From: Octopus bimaculoides
Taxonomy: Eukaryota
Assembly: GCF_001194135.2 (NCBI RefSeq)
Contig: NC_068987.1
Coordinates: 102,898,251 to 102,962,250 of the forward strand
Reading direction: 5' to 3'
DNA length: 64,000 nt
Shown: piece by piece, positions 40,336 through 53,800 of the stretch
Position numbering within the stretch: the stretch's first letter is position 1
Layout of the letters: each line of letters opens with the position of its first letter
The notes under the pieces: model-generated
What the model was told of the DNA's origin: nothing
The model's database searches: none
The model's input: the letters and a program-made list of their open reading frames with translations, nothing else
Program-made: the position numbers and the translations under genes

Positions 40336-40459
40336 CATTAATATAAAATGTCTTTTCTTATACCAAGTTATATAATGTCTAATGTCTCAGGTTCGACTTG
40401 AGCACTTCCAAGCAATTGTGCAAAAAAACGTTTTCGAAAGAAACAAAACAATATTATAT

Positions 40460-40501
<42 letters not shown>

Positions 40502-41753
40502 TGATAGATAGATAGACAGATAGATACATACATATATACGTACTTATCTCTGTATAAATGCATGACTTGTTTTTATATGATTTACCGAACACTAATCAAA
40601 ATGTACTGTTCAATACGAGGCAATGGAAAAAGTCATTTATCTAAGATACTATTGTGTATGTTAGAACCGAGAGCTGCGTGATTGCAAACCAAAGTTCTTT
40701 ATCAATAAGCCATCCCATCAACCATATATCTGTAGGAAAGCTATGAATTTTCTTTGGAAGTCGACAATTTTTACTTCAACTGAATGAATATTTATGTTTT
40801 GTACGACGCTATCACAGACCACTATTTTAGAAGAGTTATTTAGCGCTTCCTGTTGTGTATGTATTATCAAGCTTATTTTTCTGCTGTATTTTTATTATAT
40901 TTTCTTCTCTCTAGGTAGGTGATAGTGAAAAAATCAATATTATAGCTTTGAGAGTTTTACTCTTTCCACGTTTGTATTAGGAAATTTCTCAGGTTAGAAT
41001 ATGTTTGCAACGTCATAGAGATACACTTGTGTCACGAAAATGCTATTAGCCGTTTGACCGTTTATGTTCAAGAAAGAATTTTCTTTTTTAATGAACTTAT
41101 TTGGCAACTCCACAGATATTTACCATTCTCCGAAAATCTAGTATATATATCTTCTTATCTCTTGCATTAAGTAACAAATGTTATGTTAACATTGTTAATC
41201 CCGATGTAGACGTAACTTTGTCATATCACAGCTGTAAGTCTCAAACCCGCAATGCTTCTTAACAAAATATATGTAAACAGATTTTTCTCATAATTCCATC
41301 TAGATCTACTCTTAACGCAACAGTTCATAAAACTATTTGCTTTAAAGAGATTGTCACTCGATAGTTTGCTTGTTCTACATTCTTCTTCTTCTTCTTCTTC
41401 TTCTTCTTCTTCTTCTTCTTCTTCTTCTTCTTCTTCTTCTTCTTCTTCTTCTTCTTCTTCTTCTTCTTCTTCTTCTTNNNNNNNNNNNNNNNNNNNNNNN
41501 NNNNNNNNNNNNNNNNNNNNNNNNNNNNNNNNNNNNNNNNNNNNNNNNNNNNNNNNNNNNNNNNNNNNNNNNNNNNNNNNNNNNNNNNNNNNNNNNNNNN
41601 NNNNNNNNNNNNNNNNNNNNNNNNNNNNNNNNNNNNNNNNNNNNNNNNNNNNNNNNNNNNNNNNNNNNNNNNNNNNNNNNNNNNNNNNNNNNNNNNNNNN
41701 NNNNNNNNNNNNNNNNNNNNNNNTATATATATATATATATATATACATATACT

Positions 41754-41785
<32 letters not shown>

Positions 41786-42419
41786 TGTATGTGAGTGTGT
41801 ATGCAAACATATAATTATGCATATATATATTTGTCTGTGCGTCTGTATATATCACATACTGCACATTTCTATATACTTGTCTATTTGGTCCAGAAATTTG
41901 ATTCGAGATCACATGGCTCCCTCTTCGATAATGACGCTTTGTAAGAAGTATCCTCTTCCACACAAACAAACACACACTTACACGCAGACGAACATATATA
42001 AATGTTTATATGTTTGCAAGTGTCGTTGAGAATGTTTGGTAGTTTTTATCCCGACATTCTTTAAGTTTCTTGAGGCATATCAAGGAAACTTCCCAAGCCT
42101 TTCTCTATAATTGGTATGGGTTTTGGCTCTGTCTGTATGTCCACTGGAAATTTTCTTGCTAGTTCTAGAATCTGCGGTAGATGACTCCGGAATTTTTTTC
42201 CTTCGCCTTGGGGTATGTATAGTAATTTTCCACGTGGTATGCAATACCTATCTTTCCCTGTTCGATTACTGGTAAGATCTTTTCTAAAACGGTTGTTTCT
42301 CTATTTACTCAAAGATAATCATTTCTCTTACAGGTCTTGTATTAAAGGCAGAAATGCATGCATGTATGTATGTATGCATGCTGTCTCCTCTGGTTTGATT
42401 TGAATGATACAGTGATAAA

Positions 42420-43640
42420 TGAGCTTTTAGCAATAAAAGGTCCACTCATTAAAAGCTTCTTGATCCAAATGTTAAAAACAAAGTACAACTAGAAAACTTG
42501 TACAAGTCTCAGAAAAGAGACTTGCTAAAAGAACTCAGGAGGCTTAAAGAGAGTTGGTGGAGAAATTTCTCTGAGTAAGTACAGGCAGCCTATGACAGGA
42601 AAGACAATAAAAGGTTCTATAGTTTATTGCGGCAAGCTTTTAGACCGCAATCTTGAAGTCGAAAGATGGAAATGAGGTTGTTATAGATCCTCCTGGAATA
42701 ATGAATAGATGGAGAGAACACTTTGCAGGACTTTTCCACAATCCGTCTTTAGTAAACATGGATATCATAAACGACATTCCGCAAAGAGTGGTAGCGCAAT
42801 ACATGAACGCTACACCTTCCATTGAAGAAGTAAATCTGGCTTTATGTAAAGTGAGATCAGGTAAAACTCCTGGATTGGGAAGTATTCCAGTTGAAATTCT
42901 GAAAGCTGGTGGGCATCATATTTTATCTGAAATTAATAACTTGATAACTCGAGTTTGGAATGAATATTCTGTGCTACAAGAATGGATAAATGGCATTCTA
43001 ATCTTTGTATACAATGGTAAGGGCCCAAATGCAGTGTGTGGTACTTCTAGAGGGATAGCTTTCCTGATACATATCAGGAAGATACTTTCAAGGATCATGT
43101 TTGTTGAATCATCTTCTTCAGAATGTGTGATGTCCACATGTTATTCCTGAAGAACAGTGTGGTTTCAGACATGAGTGAGGAACAATGGACATGATATTTT
43201 CTGTTAAGCAGGTTCAAGAGAAATGTTTAGAGGAACAAATTCAGGTTTTCATAGATTTAACTAAGGCATTTGAAAGGTAAACATGGAGGCACTGTGGATT
43301 GTTTTGTGAGCATCTTTAAGGAATTACACAGAAACATGAAAGCTCAGGTAGTCTTATGAGCTATCTCATAAATTTTCGGCGGACAACGGTGTTAAACAGG
43401 GAGATATTCCTGCTCCTACACTTTTCTTTATTTATTTTGCGGCATTGCTTTGGTATGCTTTCAAGGATTGCAACAGAGCAATCGGAATCCGATTTGGGAC
43501 ATCTGGTCGTATTTTTAATTTGACCCGGTTTAACTGCAAAGCAAAGACTTTCAAAATACTTTTGGACAATTACTTTACGCTGATGATACAGAGGAGGACA
43601 TGCAACATTTAATGGACTGATTTTCCAATGCATATGTACA
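42420..43640 (+). mobile_element. RTE (BovB-like) LINE, RT fragment
   Basis: RWREHFAGLFH...PSIEEVNLALCKVRSGKTPGLGSIPVEILK; PEEQCGFR..GTMDMIFSVKQVQEKC; FIDLTKAF; VKQGDIPAPTLFFIYF; and LLYADD-equivalent sequence at about 43570. Confidence 0.9.
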
Positions 43641-43647
43641 TTTATAT

Positions 43648-44507
43648 AGACTGTATACTGAAGAAAATCCAATGGGGCGAACTCAGGATTTACCTATCGT
43701 GTGAATTGCCTTGTAATCGTTTATCTTAAACGATTCTGAATGTCCCCTGTCGTTATTCTTCATCATCGTATTAATCTTTCTGAGGGGTATACGGAGAAAC
43801 TCCAGGTACGCTGATGTGTTTACCAAAACCAAGATGAAAATAAATCACTTACTTTATTTGGCTGTCCACAAGCTATATACAAAATGATGAGACAGACTTG
43901 GATTTTTTTATCCAGACAGTGAGAGTATTCAATAAACATATTGGAATGCAGTGTACGTTAAGTAAATGCGCAATGCTAATTATGAAAAGAGAGCAGAACG
44001 TAGACTTGATGCCATAAAATAATCACGGGATAACTTCATTAGATCGCTGTGGGGCAATGAGGGATACACATAGCTGGGAGTGCTGCAGGACGATAAGATA
44101 ATTGAAGGAGAAATGAGGGAATATAACTAAAGAGTATAAAATTGAATGGAGAGATCTTTATTAAAGCCATGAATGCATGAACTGTGCCAGTGGCTCATTG
44201 AAGCAACGTGTCTCTATCTGAAGCAAAGAGAAAGTTCATAACCATGCTGATTGGTTAGAAAATTTGATTTCAAGTTTAATAATTTGCGAGTTTAATCTGC
44301 GTACGGAAGCTTTGGCAAAAGCTTTAAATGATAACGTCTAGTCACCACAAGTTTAATTAGTAAAAATTAAATGGGGGAAAACTGTGTATACTTCACGTCT
44401 TTTGGTTGGTAAATGTAATCTTCGATCAGTCTCGCAGTACATGACCCTTAGGTGCCAAAAGCCGAATAGGATTCATTTCCAACATTCAGGCTAGATTATC
44501 TTGTTAC

Positions 44508-44545
<38 letters not shown>

Positions 44546-44848
44546 ATGCACACACACACACACTCATGCACGCGCACGCACACATGCATGCATACACATA
44601 CGCACACATACGAGCGCACACACACACACACGCACATATATATATGAATATTTGTTGAGATTAGAATCTAATGAGAAAAATACCGTAATGTCTATTTTGA
44701 AGATGTATCATTCACCATTCTTTATGATTTTGTGATTATAAAGACTGTATATTGAATAAAATCCAAAGGAGCGAACTCAGGATTTACCGATCGTGTCAAT
44801 TGCCTTGTAATCGTTTATCTTAAAAGATTCTGAATGTTTCCTGTCGTT
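43648..44848. repeat. ~107-bp direct repeat pair (43648-43754 and 44742-44848)
   Basis: 'agactgtata.tgaa.aaaatccaa.gg.gcgaactcaggatttacc.atcgtgt.aattgccttgtaatcgtttatcttaaa.gattctgaatgt..cctgtcgtt' occurs twice, 1094 bp apart. Confidence 0.9.
43830..44200 (+). mobile_element. R4/Dong-like RT fragment
   Basis: INHLLYLAVHKLYTKND...IQTVRVFNKHIGMQCTLSKCAML...NEGYT*LGVLQDD, matching the INHLLFMDDLKL...IGM.FG..KCA...YKYLGV pattern. Confidence 0.7.
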
Positions 44849-45089
44849 CCATGTGGTTTGCCAGATCTGGATTATATCAGAGTGCTTATAATGAATCTGC
44901 CCGTTTCGCAAATCATTATTATTCTACATTATATGTATGCATGTTATATGCGTGTGCTTATATATTTATGCATGTATGTATGTATGTATGCATGCATGTA
45001 TATGTGTGTGTTGATATCAAGCCTCTTACTGCAGAACACACATTTGGTTTGCTCGACGGTTTCGTTCATCACTCGACTATGACCTACAC

Positions 45090-45200
45090 AAAAGAGTCTG
45101 CGCACTTTTCTTCATCTTCAGAATAAATATCCACAATTCGCTCACCCAAATCATTTTTACGTTGTTCGTTTAGATTACACCCACTTGAGGCTTTGAACCT
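45090..45200 (-). mobile_element. Possible pogo/Tigger transposase (CENP-B HTH) fragment
   Basis: FKASSGC resembles the F.AS.GW motif. The match is short and weak. Confidence 0.3.
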
Positions 45201-46731
45201 AAACTGGAATTGGAGTAATACAATTCTGGATATATCTGACCATATTATAGAGTTCAGTCTCGCATACAAGCGATATACGTAAAATAAGATCGTGTGTCGT
45301 TAGAACAGGTCTTTCTTTGTAAAAATATGTGCTTTGCACCTGTATTAATGTTATAGTCAACGTGGCTGTTGTAGTTTTGTATTTGTTTAGTTGTTATATA
45401 ACATCGTCAATATGCCAACTCCAACCGAAGATAATTATGCTGAAACCAATGCATTAAAGACGTTGAATCTCTGTCTCTTTAGATATTATCTAGAATTACA
45501 TCAGCCAGTCATTCGGTCGTTGTTCGCTTCATTGTTTAAGAATTAGAGAGGAAATTGCATTGGGGATGACAGCTCTATTTTTAGCATGTTGATGGAGCTC
45601 GTAAAGGCTTTCTATTTTGTGCCTTGCGTTGTACCACTGCACGACTGGAAGCTAATATGAGAACAATAAAACCTTATCTACGTGAATCGCTACAGTAACA
45701 TTTTCACTTATGATAAAGAATAATAAAAGATGTTTCTTCTGATTCAATCATAAAAAAATAATGAATTACGTATTAACGCAGTATTGTATATTAGTTGATT
45801 CTGTTACACATCACAATAGGAAAAAAAAAAACAATTTTGCTTATGTCCTGAACAAAGGATACAGTTATTATCGCGGTCTCTGTCACATCCACATTAAAAT
45901 ATATAAAGCTCAGACAGGTATTTGAAGACCAATCAAAGCTGCTTCTAAATGACAGTCAATATTTGCGTTCAAAGGGTTATTTGTTCACTCGGTAATAAAT
46001 GTCATGGTCTACAATTCTAAATAATGAACTCAAACAAAACAGTATTGTCCAAGGAAAATAAGCTTCCTTCTTTCTACTCCTTTTCATTCGTTATGTTTTT
46101 ATGTTGTTGTTTTTTGCTTCTTTTTACTTTTTGATAAGTCTTTATGATTGATTTTTATGTATTTCTTTGTAATATTCCTTAACTGTCGCTCTCGTCATCT
46201 ACCGCCATTTTTCCGAATAATTTCAGCAAACAAAAAAAAAGCCCTCTTGTTCTTTCAAAATTACAGTTCATCTGACGGTGTTTGTTAGCGACTAATTCCG
46301 TACACAGCAAACCTCTTATTGTAGTGTAACGTTTCTTAATTGCTCGATGCTTGATAATTACATTCAAATTTTACTGTTTCATGGTAATTATATTTGGTTT
46401 ATAGTTCGCCATTTTACCATAATTAATGGCTACCTCACCAGTCTCTTTCATTTCACTTCTCTCCGCTCTGACTTCCACTTTATTTGCATTCCTTCTTTCG
46501 TCTCTTCATTTCTGATGCTTTCTCCTTATATTAGTTCTTCCTCTCATTTCCTGATCGCTGTCTCTCTTTGTAATAATTTTCTCCTTCCTTCTTCGCTTCT
46601 CAATCGTACAAAACTTTCTTGTCTTTTAATACTCTTCCTTTTCTTACTCCAACACTATGTTGTAATAACGCTATGAACTGTGGCGGTCATGTATCAAATC
46701 CAGTTCAACTCAAGAAATATATATACAAACT

Positions 46732-46779
<48 letters not shown>

Positions 46780-47091
46780 NNNNNNNNNNNNNNNNNNNNN
46801 NNNNNNNNNNNNNNNNNNNNNNNNNNNNNNNNNNNNNNNNNNNNNNNNNNNNNNNNNNNNNNNNNNNNNNNNNNNNNNNNNNNNNNNNNNNNNNNNNNNN
46901 NNNNNNNNNNNNNNNNNNNNNNNNNNNNNNNNNNNNNNNNNNNNNNNNNNNNNNNNNNNNNNNNNNNNNNNNNNNNNNNNNNNNNNNNNNNNNNNNNNNN
47001 NNNNNNNNNNNNNGTGTGTATATATAAATGTTTATATAGATATATATGGTTATGTGAGTATTTATATACACGTTTAATATACATAAACACA

Positions 47092-47131
<40 letters not shown>

Positions 47132-47147
47132 AGCATGTTTATATATA

Positions 47148-47184
<37 letters not shown>

Positions 47185-47673
47185 ATATGTATGTATATAT
47201 GTATGTATGTATGCATGTATGTATGTATGTACGTATGTATGTATATATATATGTATGTATGTATATGCCGGCGTATAGGAGCTGTTCTCTTATAATGCGT
47301 ATTCCTTTTTTTATTTACAATACATTTTGGGAGAAGAGCTTCGGTATGTTCCGTGATACACTTACTGACATACGTTTTGAAGTGGTTTTGCAGAGAAAGA
47401 TGTATCATTCTGTGCATGTAAATACAACATTCTGACAGTATCCTGGAATGTATACTTTGTATGAAAGCATAATTTTATCATAAATGAACAACGTTATGGG
47501 ACTACCATATCTCACCTTTATTCTTTTTCGTAGCAAGAGTACAGCTGCCTATATTTTGATAAAGTGAAGTTTCATACGGGATGTAAAACACGTAATTCTG
47601 GCTATTAATTTTATGAAACCGCTATTGGCCACCAGAGTGTGACACACCTTCGCTATAATTTTAGCTGAGAGGT

Positions 47674-47707
<34 letters not shown>

Positions 47708-48665
47708 NNNNNNNNNNNNNNNNNNNNNNNNNNNNNNNNNNNNNNNNNNNNNNNNNNNNNNNNNNNNNNNNNNNNNNNNNNNNNNNNNNNNNNNNNNNNN
47801 NNNNNNNNNNNNNNNNNNNNNNNNNNNNNNNNNNNNNNNNNNNNNNNNNNNNNNNNNNNNNNNNNNNNNNNNNNNNNNNNNNNNNNNNNNNNNNNNNNNN
47901 NNNNNNNNNNNNNNNNNNNNNNNNNNNNNNNNNNNNNNNNNNNNNNNNNNNNNNNNNNNNNNNNNNNNNNNNNNNNNNNNNNNNNNNNNNNNNNNNNNNN
48001 NNNNNNNNNNNNNNNNNNNNNNNNNNNNNNNNNNNNNNNNNNNNNNNNNNNNNNNNNNNNNNNNNNNNNNNNNNNNNNNNNNNNNNNNNNNNNNNNNNNN
48101 NNNNNNNNNNNNNNNNNNNNNNNNNNNNNNNNNNNNNNNNNNNNNNNNNNNNNNNNNNNNNNNNNNNNNNNNNNNNNNNNNNNNNNNNNNNNNNNNNNNN
48201 NNNNNNNNNNNNNNNNNNNNNNNNNNNNNNNNNNNNNNNNNNNNNNNNNNNNNNNNNNNNNNNNNNNNNNNNNNNNNNNNNNNNNNNNNNNNNNNNNNNN
48301 NNNNNNNNNNNNNNNNNNNNNNNNNNNNNNNNNNNNNNNNNNNNNNNNNNNNNNNNNNNNNNNNNNNNNNNNNNNNNNNNNNNNNNNNNNNNNNNNNNNN
48401 NNNNNNNNNNNNNNNNNNNNNNNNNNNNNNNNNNNNNNNNNNNNNNNNNNNNNNNNNNNNNNNNNNNNNNNNNNNNNNNNNNNNNNNNNNNNNNNNNNNN
48501 NNNNNNNNNNNNNNNNNNNNNNNNNNNNNNNNNNNNNNNNNNNNNNNNNNNNNNNNNNNNNNNNNNNNNNNNNNNNNNNNNNNNNNNNNNNNNNNNNNNN
48601 NNNNNNNNNNNNNNNNNNNNNNNNNNNNNNNNNNNNNNNNNNNNNNNNNNNNNNNNNNNNNNNNN

Positions 48666-48696
<31 letters not shown>

Positions 48697-48825
48697 TGAG
48701 GTGAATAAATTGTCCTCTAAACTACGCAGAATTGAAAATAACACTGATATTTCATTTTGATAGATATATTTACCAAAACTACAAAAAAAAAACCCAAAAA
48801 CATCTTGAATTACTAAAGAGTACAT

Positions 48826-49060
48826 TTATTCAATAAAAATCGTCATTGGCTCCAACCACGGCCTGCCGACGACTACGAAATCTCGTGCAACTCTTTTGGA
48901 TTTTTGTGAGGGTTGATCCAAATGTCAGTGAAAAACAAACTCTCATATCAATATGATCACAAAAGTATAGATCATATAGATATAGATCATATAGCAGGCA
49001 TTCGACAAGCAATACTTCTGTATATTCAGCTGCCATCTTCCTGAAACAACTCTTAAAAAG
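48826..49060 (-). mobile_element. Short maT/DD37D-like remnant
   Basis: KIQKSCTRFRSRRQAVVGANDDF, matching the C..FRSRLEAVV.A.G.FIE* C-terminus. Confidence 0.65.
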
Positions 49061-50516
49061 ATACATTCAGTGTCCGTAGTAAAGAAGTTCGCCCAAACTA
49101 CACCACCCAGGTTGAGAAGGAAACTAGAAGATAATATCAATATTTATAAACTATTACAACGTGTGAGAGGAATAAGCTTAGCAGGCATAAATATCCATCT
49201 TATAAAAAATATATATACTGGTTACGTTATACAGAGATTCTCGAAATATCTGGGATATGCTAATAAAATGTTTTATATACTATATATGCTTATGCTTAAT
49301 GCGAAACTCCAAAGACTACAAAATCAATTAACAACATGCTATGTACCAGAGGATGAAAGCAAATCGCATTGCCGTAAAAAGAGAATCATTCTAGCAAAAT
49401 GTTAAATCATTTTAGTCTAAATAGAGAATTAAAAACAAATATTCTAAACTCAATACTTTAGCGCTGAATTCAATCAGGAAGGAATTCTTTTTTTTACCAA
49501 TGTTAGCAGGAAAATGTACTATTTCTACAATGAAACACTCACGAAATAAATGGGAAAGATGTATAATGGTTATGCTCCAAGGATCAACTTAGCAGTATTA
49601 TGGAAAATTCGCAGAGCAGAAATAGTTCAACCAAACAAAGCCTTTCTGAAAAAATTCATGTCAATTGATGTTTTATTTTGACAGATTAGGAAATAAGAGA
49701 AAGATGATGTTTGAGAGAGTAATATCTTGTCCAATAGCATTGGTGTCGTAAGAGATGTGTTAGATAGTAAGAAGAAAAACAACACTACGTGATGTACTGC
49801 GCATGGTATTCGTTAAATATACCCTAATAACTTGAGAATAGGAATATCCTTGAGTTTACCGTATATAAACTATACAGTCTATTGATTAATGAAATACATA
49901 TTTTACAACATAACGTCATTAAAACTTAATTATTAGTATCTATATTATTTTAGCAGTGAATTAATATCAAAAATCGGATTTTACGAAATAACTATTGTAA
50001 AATATTGAAAAGCTTGGCTGACAAAACTGGTAATTCCAAGTACTGATACAGGGCACAGTTAAGTGCATTTAGGGATATGTGTGACAGACTATTGTTTATA
50101 ACTAGTATTCTCAATAATCTAGAGAACTTCAAAATAAATAAACAATTCTAAGATCATTTGCGCTTTATCGTAAATAATGTATTTGCCTCTACATGCACAC
50201 TGACATTTACCTGTTGAGGTCTAGAACAATACAACGAATGAGTTCATGTTTTATTTTTGAGAAAAAAATACTGCTAACGAGATAAGGAAACTAACTGCTT
50301 CAGATACAAAGGGTGCTGTTGATGGTAATATTCATGTATTTTTCAAGACGACGGAGTAAATTATGCTTTCTAGGTTTGCGCATCAGTGATTAATGCACTC
50401 TCAAGTCATACAACTGACATTTATTTTTTCCTGTTCTGTAAAGCTACTTCTGTTTAGATATACCCTCAGGAAATTTATCAATTTTATTCTTCTCATATAG
50501 TTACCGTGATTTCACG

Positions 50517-50601
<85 letters not shown>

Positions 50602-51215
50602 CCACACACATACACACACACATTCTACATCAAACCCAAAATAGGAAATTCAATGAACTGGCAAATATTCAATAAACAACTCTTTTAGCGCAACATCTAT
50701 GTCATTGGTACCTATATTTAACTCTGAAATGATAAATGCCATGATAAGTCTTTGCAGATTTTGAACTTGGAACATAAGAAGTCTCTAGATTAAGCAAAAT
50801 ATTTCTTCGTGTGTTCAACGGTATCTCTCATCGACCATCTTTTACGTTTAAATTGTGTGTGTGTGTGTGCGTGTTTGTTTAACTTTATAATTATATGTGT
50901 ACAAAATTGGTTTTAGGTAGCCAATTGTTTTCTCAAAAGATTTTGTAGACGGCTGGTGCATTTCGTTCTTTACAGCAGCAAATCCAGGAAAACAATAAGA
51001 GAATCAGATGAAATTAGTGTTTGAACTGAATATAAAGAAAGAGAAGAGAAAACTTGAAAATAAGTATACCAACTATGGTTGCATGTTGAAATACACACGG
51101 CAGCGTTCGAGAGGCAATGTATGAAGTTAGAAAGAAGTAAAAGGAAACACGTGATAGTATTTGAGTGGGCATTCTGTGTTGTGTAAAAACAGTATTATTC
51201 AAATATTTCTCTCAG

Positions 51216-51274
51216 ACACAACGGAAATATTTTTCACCATGCCGCACCAGCAGTCACTATAATCATTAGCCTCG
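51216..51274 (+). CDS. Candidate internal coding exon of an unidentified gene
   Basis: Acceptor 'atatttctctcag|', donor '|gtaagt'. One open frame (phase 2 to 1): HNGNIFHHAAPAVTIIISL. Confidence 0.4.
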
Positions 51275-51499
51275 GTAAGTCCCCAGTTTTGTGTTCTGTG
51301 CTTTGTTAGCATCAATGTAGTTAGCATCAATGTAGTTAACAGTTCGTCCTCTACTGATATGAGGAAGTGTCTAAGATATACCATTCAATATCAGATCAGA
51401 CATTTACTCTCCTCAATTCTCCAAACACCGTAAATATCTATATCTTTGATTATAAAACTCAGTTCCTAAACATTTTGACGGCTTTTATCTCATACATAT

Positions 51500-51553
<54 letters not shown>

Positions 51554-51893
51554 ATACTAATACTAAAATTCAAGGATGAATCTTAAATCATCTTTATTGT
51601 TCTAATAAATTGTTTCAAGTTGGTGGAAAATTAGTTGTTCACGCTAGACCTACTACTCACTATTGGTGCGGATTTGAGCTTGAAACATCAAATAATCTGT
51701 TATTATCGTTAAGTAAACTATGGTTATTATCCTTGCTTTATGTTTGATTTAAAGAAGAGTAGAGTTCATTGATTTACTTTTTATAGGCCAAAGGTGTATC
51801 AGAGGCAAAATGCTTCAAGGACTTTATTCCCAGTTATAAATTCGTGCTTTCCACTAAGGACTGCCTAAGATAAGATATTTCCACTTAAGCAAG

Positions 51894-52015
51894 CATTAAT
51901 ATCATACATAAGCGCATAGCCTAACATTAATATCACACATCAATTCATAGCCTAACATTAATGTCACACATCAACGCATGCCTTAACATTAATATCACAC
52001 ATCAACTCATAACAT
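51894..52015. repeat. Minisatellite, about four copies of ~31 bp
   Basis: Unit 'cattaatatcacacatcaa(c/t)(g/t)catagcctaa'. Confidence 0.9.
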
Positions 52016-52371
52016 ATCCCGTGATGATAAATATATCATCTTCAAAGATGATAGCCAAGCACACATTTCCATACGCTCTGGCGCAGTAGAAGGAAATTGT
52101 GTAGTTTCATCCGTCGACAGAAGTCCCTTCGGCGTTTAGCAAGACAGATGCATGTTACTGAACTCTGAATTCTTTGTCCATCTTGGCTGTATTATATGAA
52201 TGCAAAAGTCGCTGTCTGTGGTAAAATACTTCTCCAGTATTTTTTTCCTGTGAGCCAACCTATATGATGGAATTTCATTGATTGACAATGCCAACAAAAA
52301 CATATGTTATTGTTAATATTGCTGTAAACATATTGTTGCTTTATGAATTTTGTTAATGTTTGAATACTTAC

Positions 52372-52503
52372 CGAGCCTGCTTCTTTGATATCTTTTAAAA
52401 TTTTCTTTTGTGGTTGCCATATTGATTGCACAAAGTTTAGTCGTTGTGGAGATGATCAGGTTTACTCTGTTTGTTTTGTGGCGAGTGCCTCTAACTGATA
52501 TCT
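52372..52503 (-). other. Candidate 132-nt symmetric exon on the minus strand
   Basis: Acceptor 'attcctttctatgtgtcgttttcag|', donor '|gtaagt'. Open in phase 1-1: ISVRGTRHKTNRVNLIISTTTKLCAINMATTKENFKRYQRSRL, including a caatATGG start context. Confidence 0.3.
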
Positions 52504-52853
52504 CTGAAAACGACACATAGAAAGGAATATTTACAGAATATACAGTAAATAACTACATGAGGAAACTTTGACTCTTTACCCAAGTTACATGGGATTAATA
52601 CTTAAATTTTCAAAGGCCTTCCATTCACAAGATAATTCGTAGACATTTCTTTTCTTCCATTAATTAAACGCCGTATATTTGAATCATTCACAGATCTTTG
52701 TTTGACAGGTCCACTCATCTCAATAATTATAAAACGCAATAATAATAATAACAAATATTATTAACAACAACAACAACAACAACAACAACAATAATAATAA
52801 TAATAAACTTGTACAAATGCAAAACAAAAGTCAAACATAAAATAATAATAATA

Positions 52854-52891
<38 letters not shown>

Positions 52892-53172
52892 GTAATAATA
52901 ATAATTTTTATATTCATATGAGAGGCAAAATATTGAAATTTATAATTCTTTTATAAAGAACCTGCCCTTAATTAGTCATTTTTCCCGTTAAATTAAATTG
53001 GTTATAATTAGTAAAGACAGCTGCATTACGGTCTGAGACTTTCTCTTTATCCTACAGCTTTCCAAAGTCATCTTCAAATATCATTCTCAAACAATCTCAT
53101 TCTCAAACGAACGACGTTCATTCGCCGTTTGTCAAACTGAACTATACCAAGCTGCAAGATTTGTTTATTTAC

Positions 53173-53227
<55 letters not shown>

Positions 53228-53295
53228 GTTGTTGTTGNNNNNNNNNNCCGTTTGTCAAACTGAACTATACCAAGCTGCAAGATTTGTTTATTTAC

Positions 53296-53350
<55 letters not shown>

Positions 53351-53729
53351 GTTGTTGTTGTTGTTGTCGTTGTTGGTTTCATATTTTGAAAGCTTTCAAT
53401 TTATTTATTTATTTATTCCTTTGTTGGTTTGTTTGTTTGTTGACTAAAATTGAAATGTTTGAAAGTTTTATACCGAAACTTCATATTTTATTATGAAAAT
53501 TGTAATTTCCGGTGTGTTGCTATTATATTCCTTCTTCACTTCTAAACTATTGCCCCGTTTGTTTATTGTTTTGTTTCGTTTTCTGTATTTATTTATTTAT
53601 ATTAATTTATTGTCATATTATATTATTATATTTTTTCTCCCAATTCATGTAGTTTATTTCTGTACACCAGAATACTGTTATATTCTATTTTCCTTTGACA
53701 CTTTATATTTATTCATTTATTTTATCCAT

Positions 53730-53800
<71 letters not shown>

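Noticed and set aside
50304-50324. 21-nt micro-exon candidate (DTKGAVDG)
   Set aside because: Poor pyrimidine tract, branch-like motif too close to the AG, and phase incompatible with the 51216 exon. Similar weak candidates at 30445, 36218, 37367 and 47535 are also not reported.
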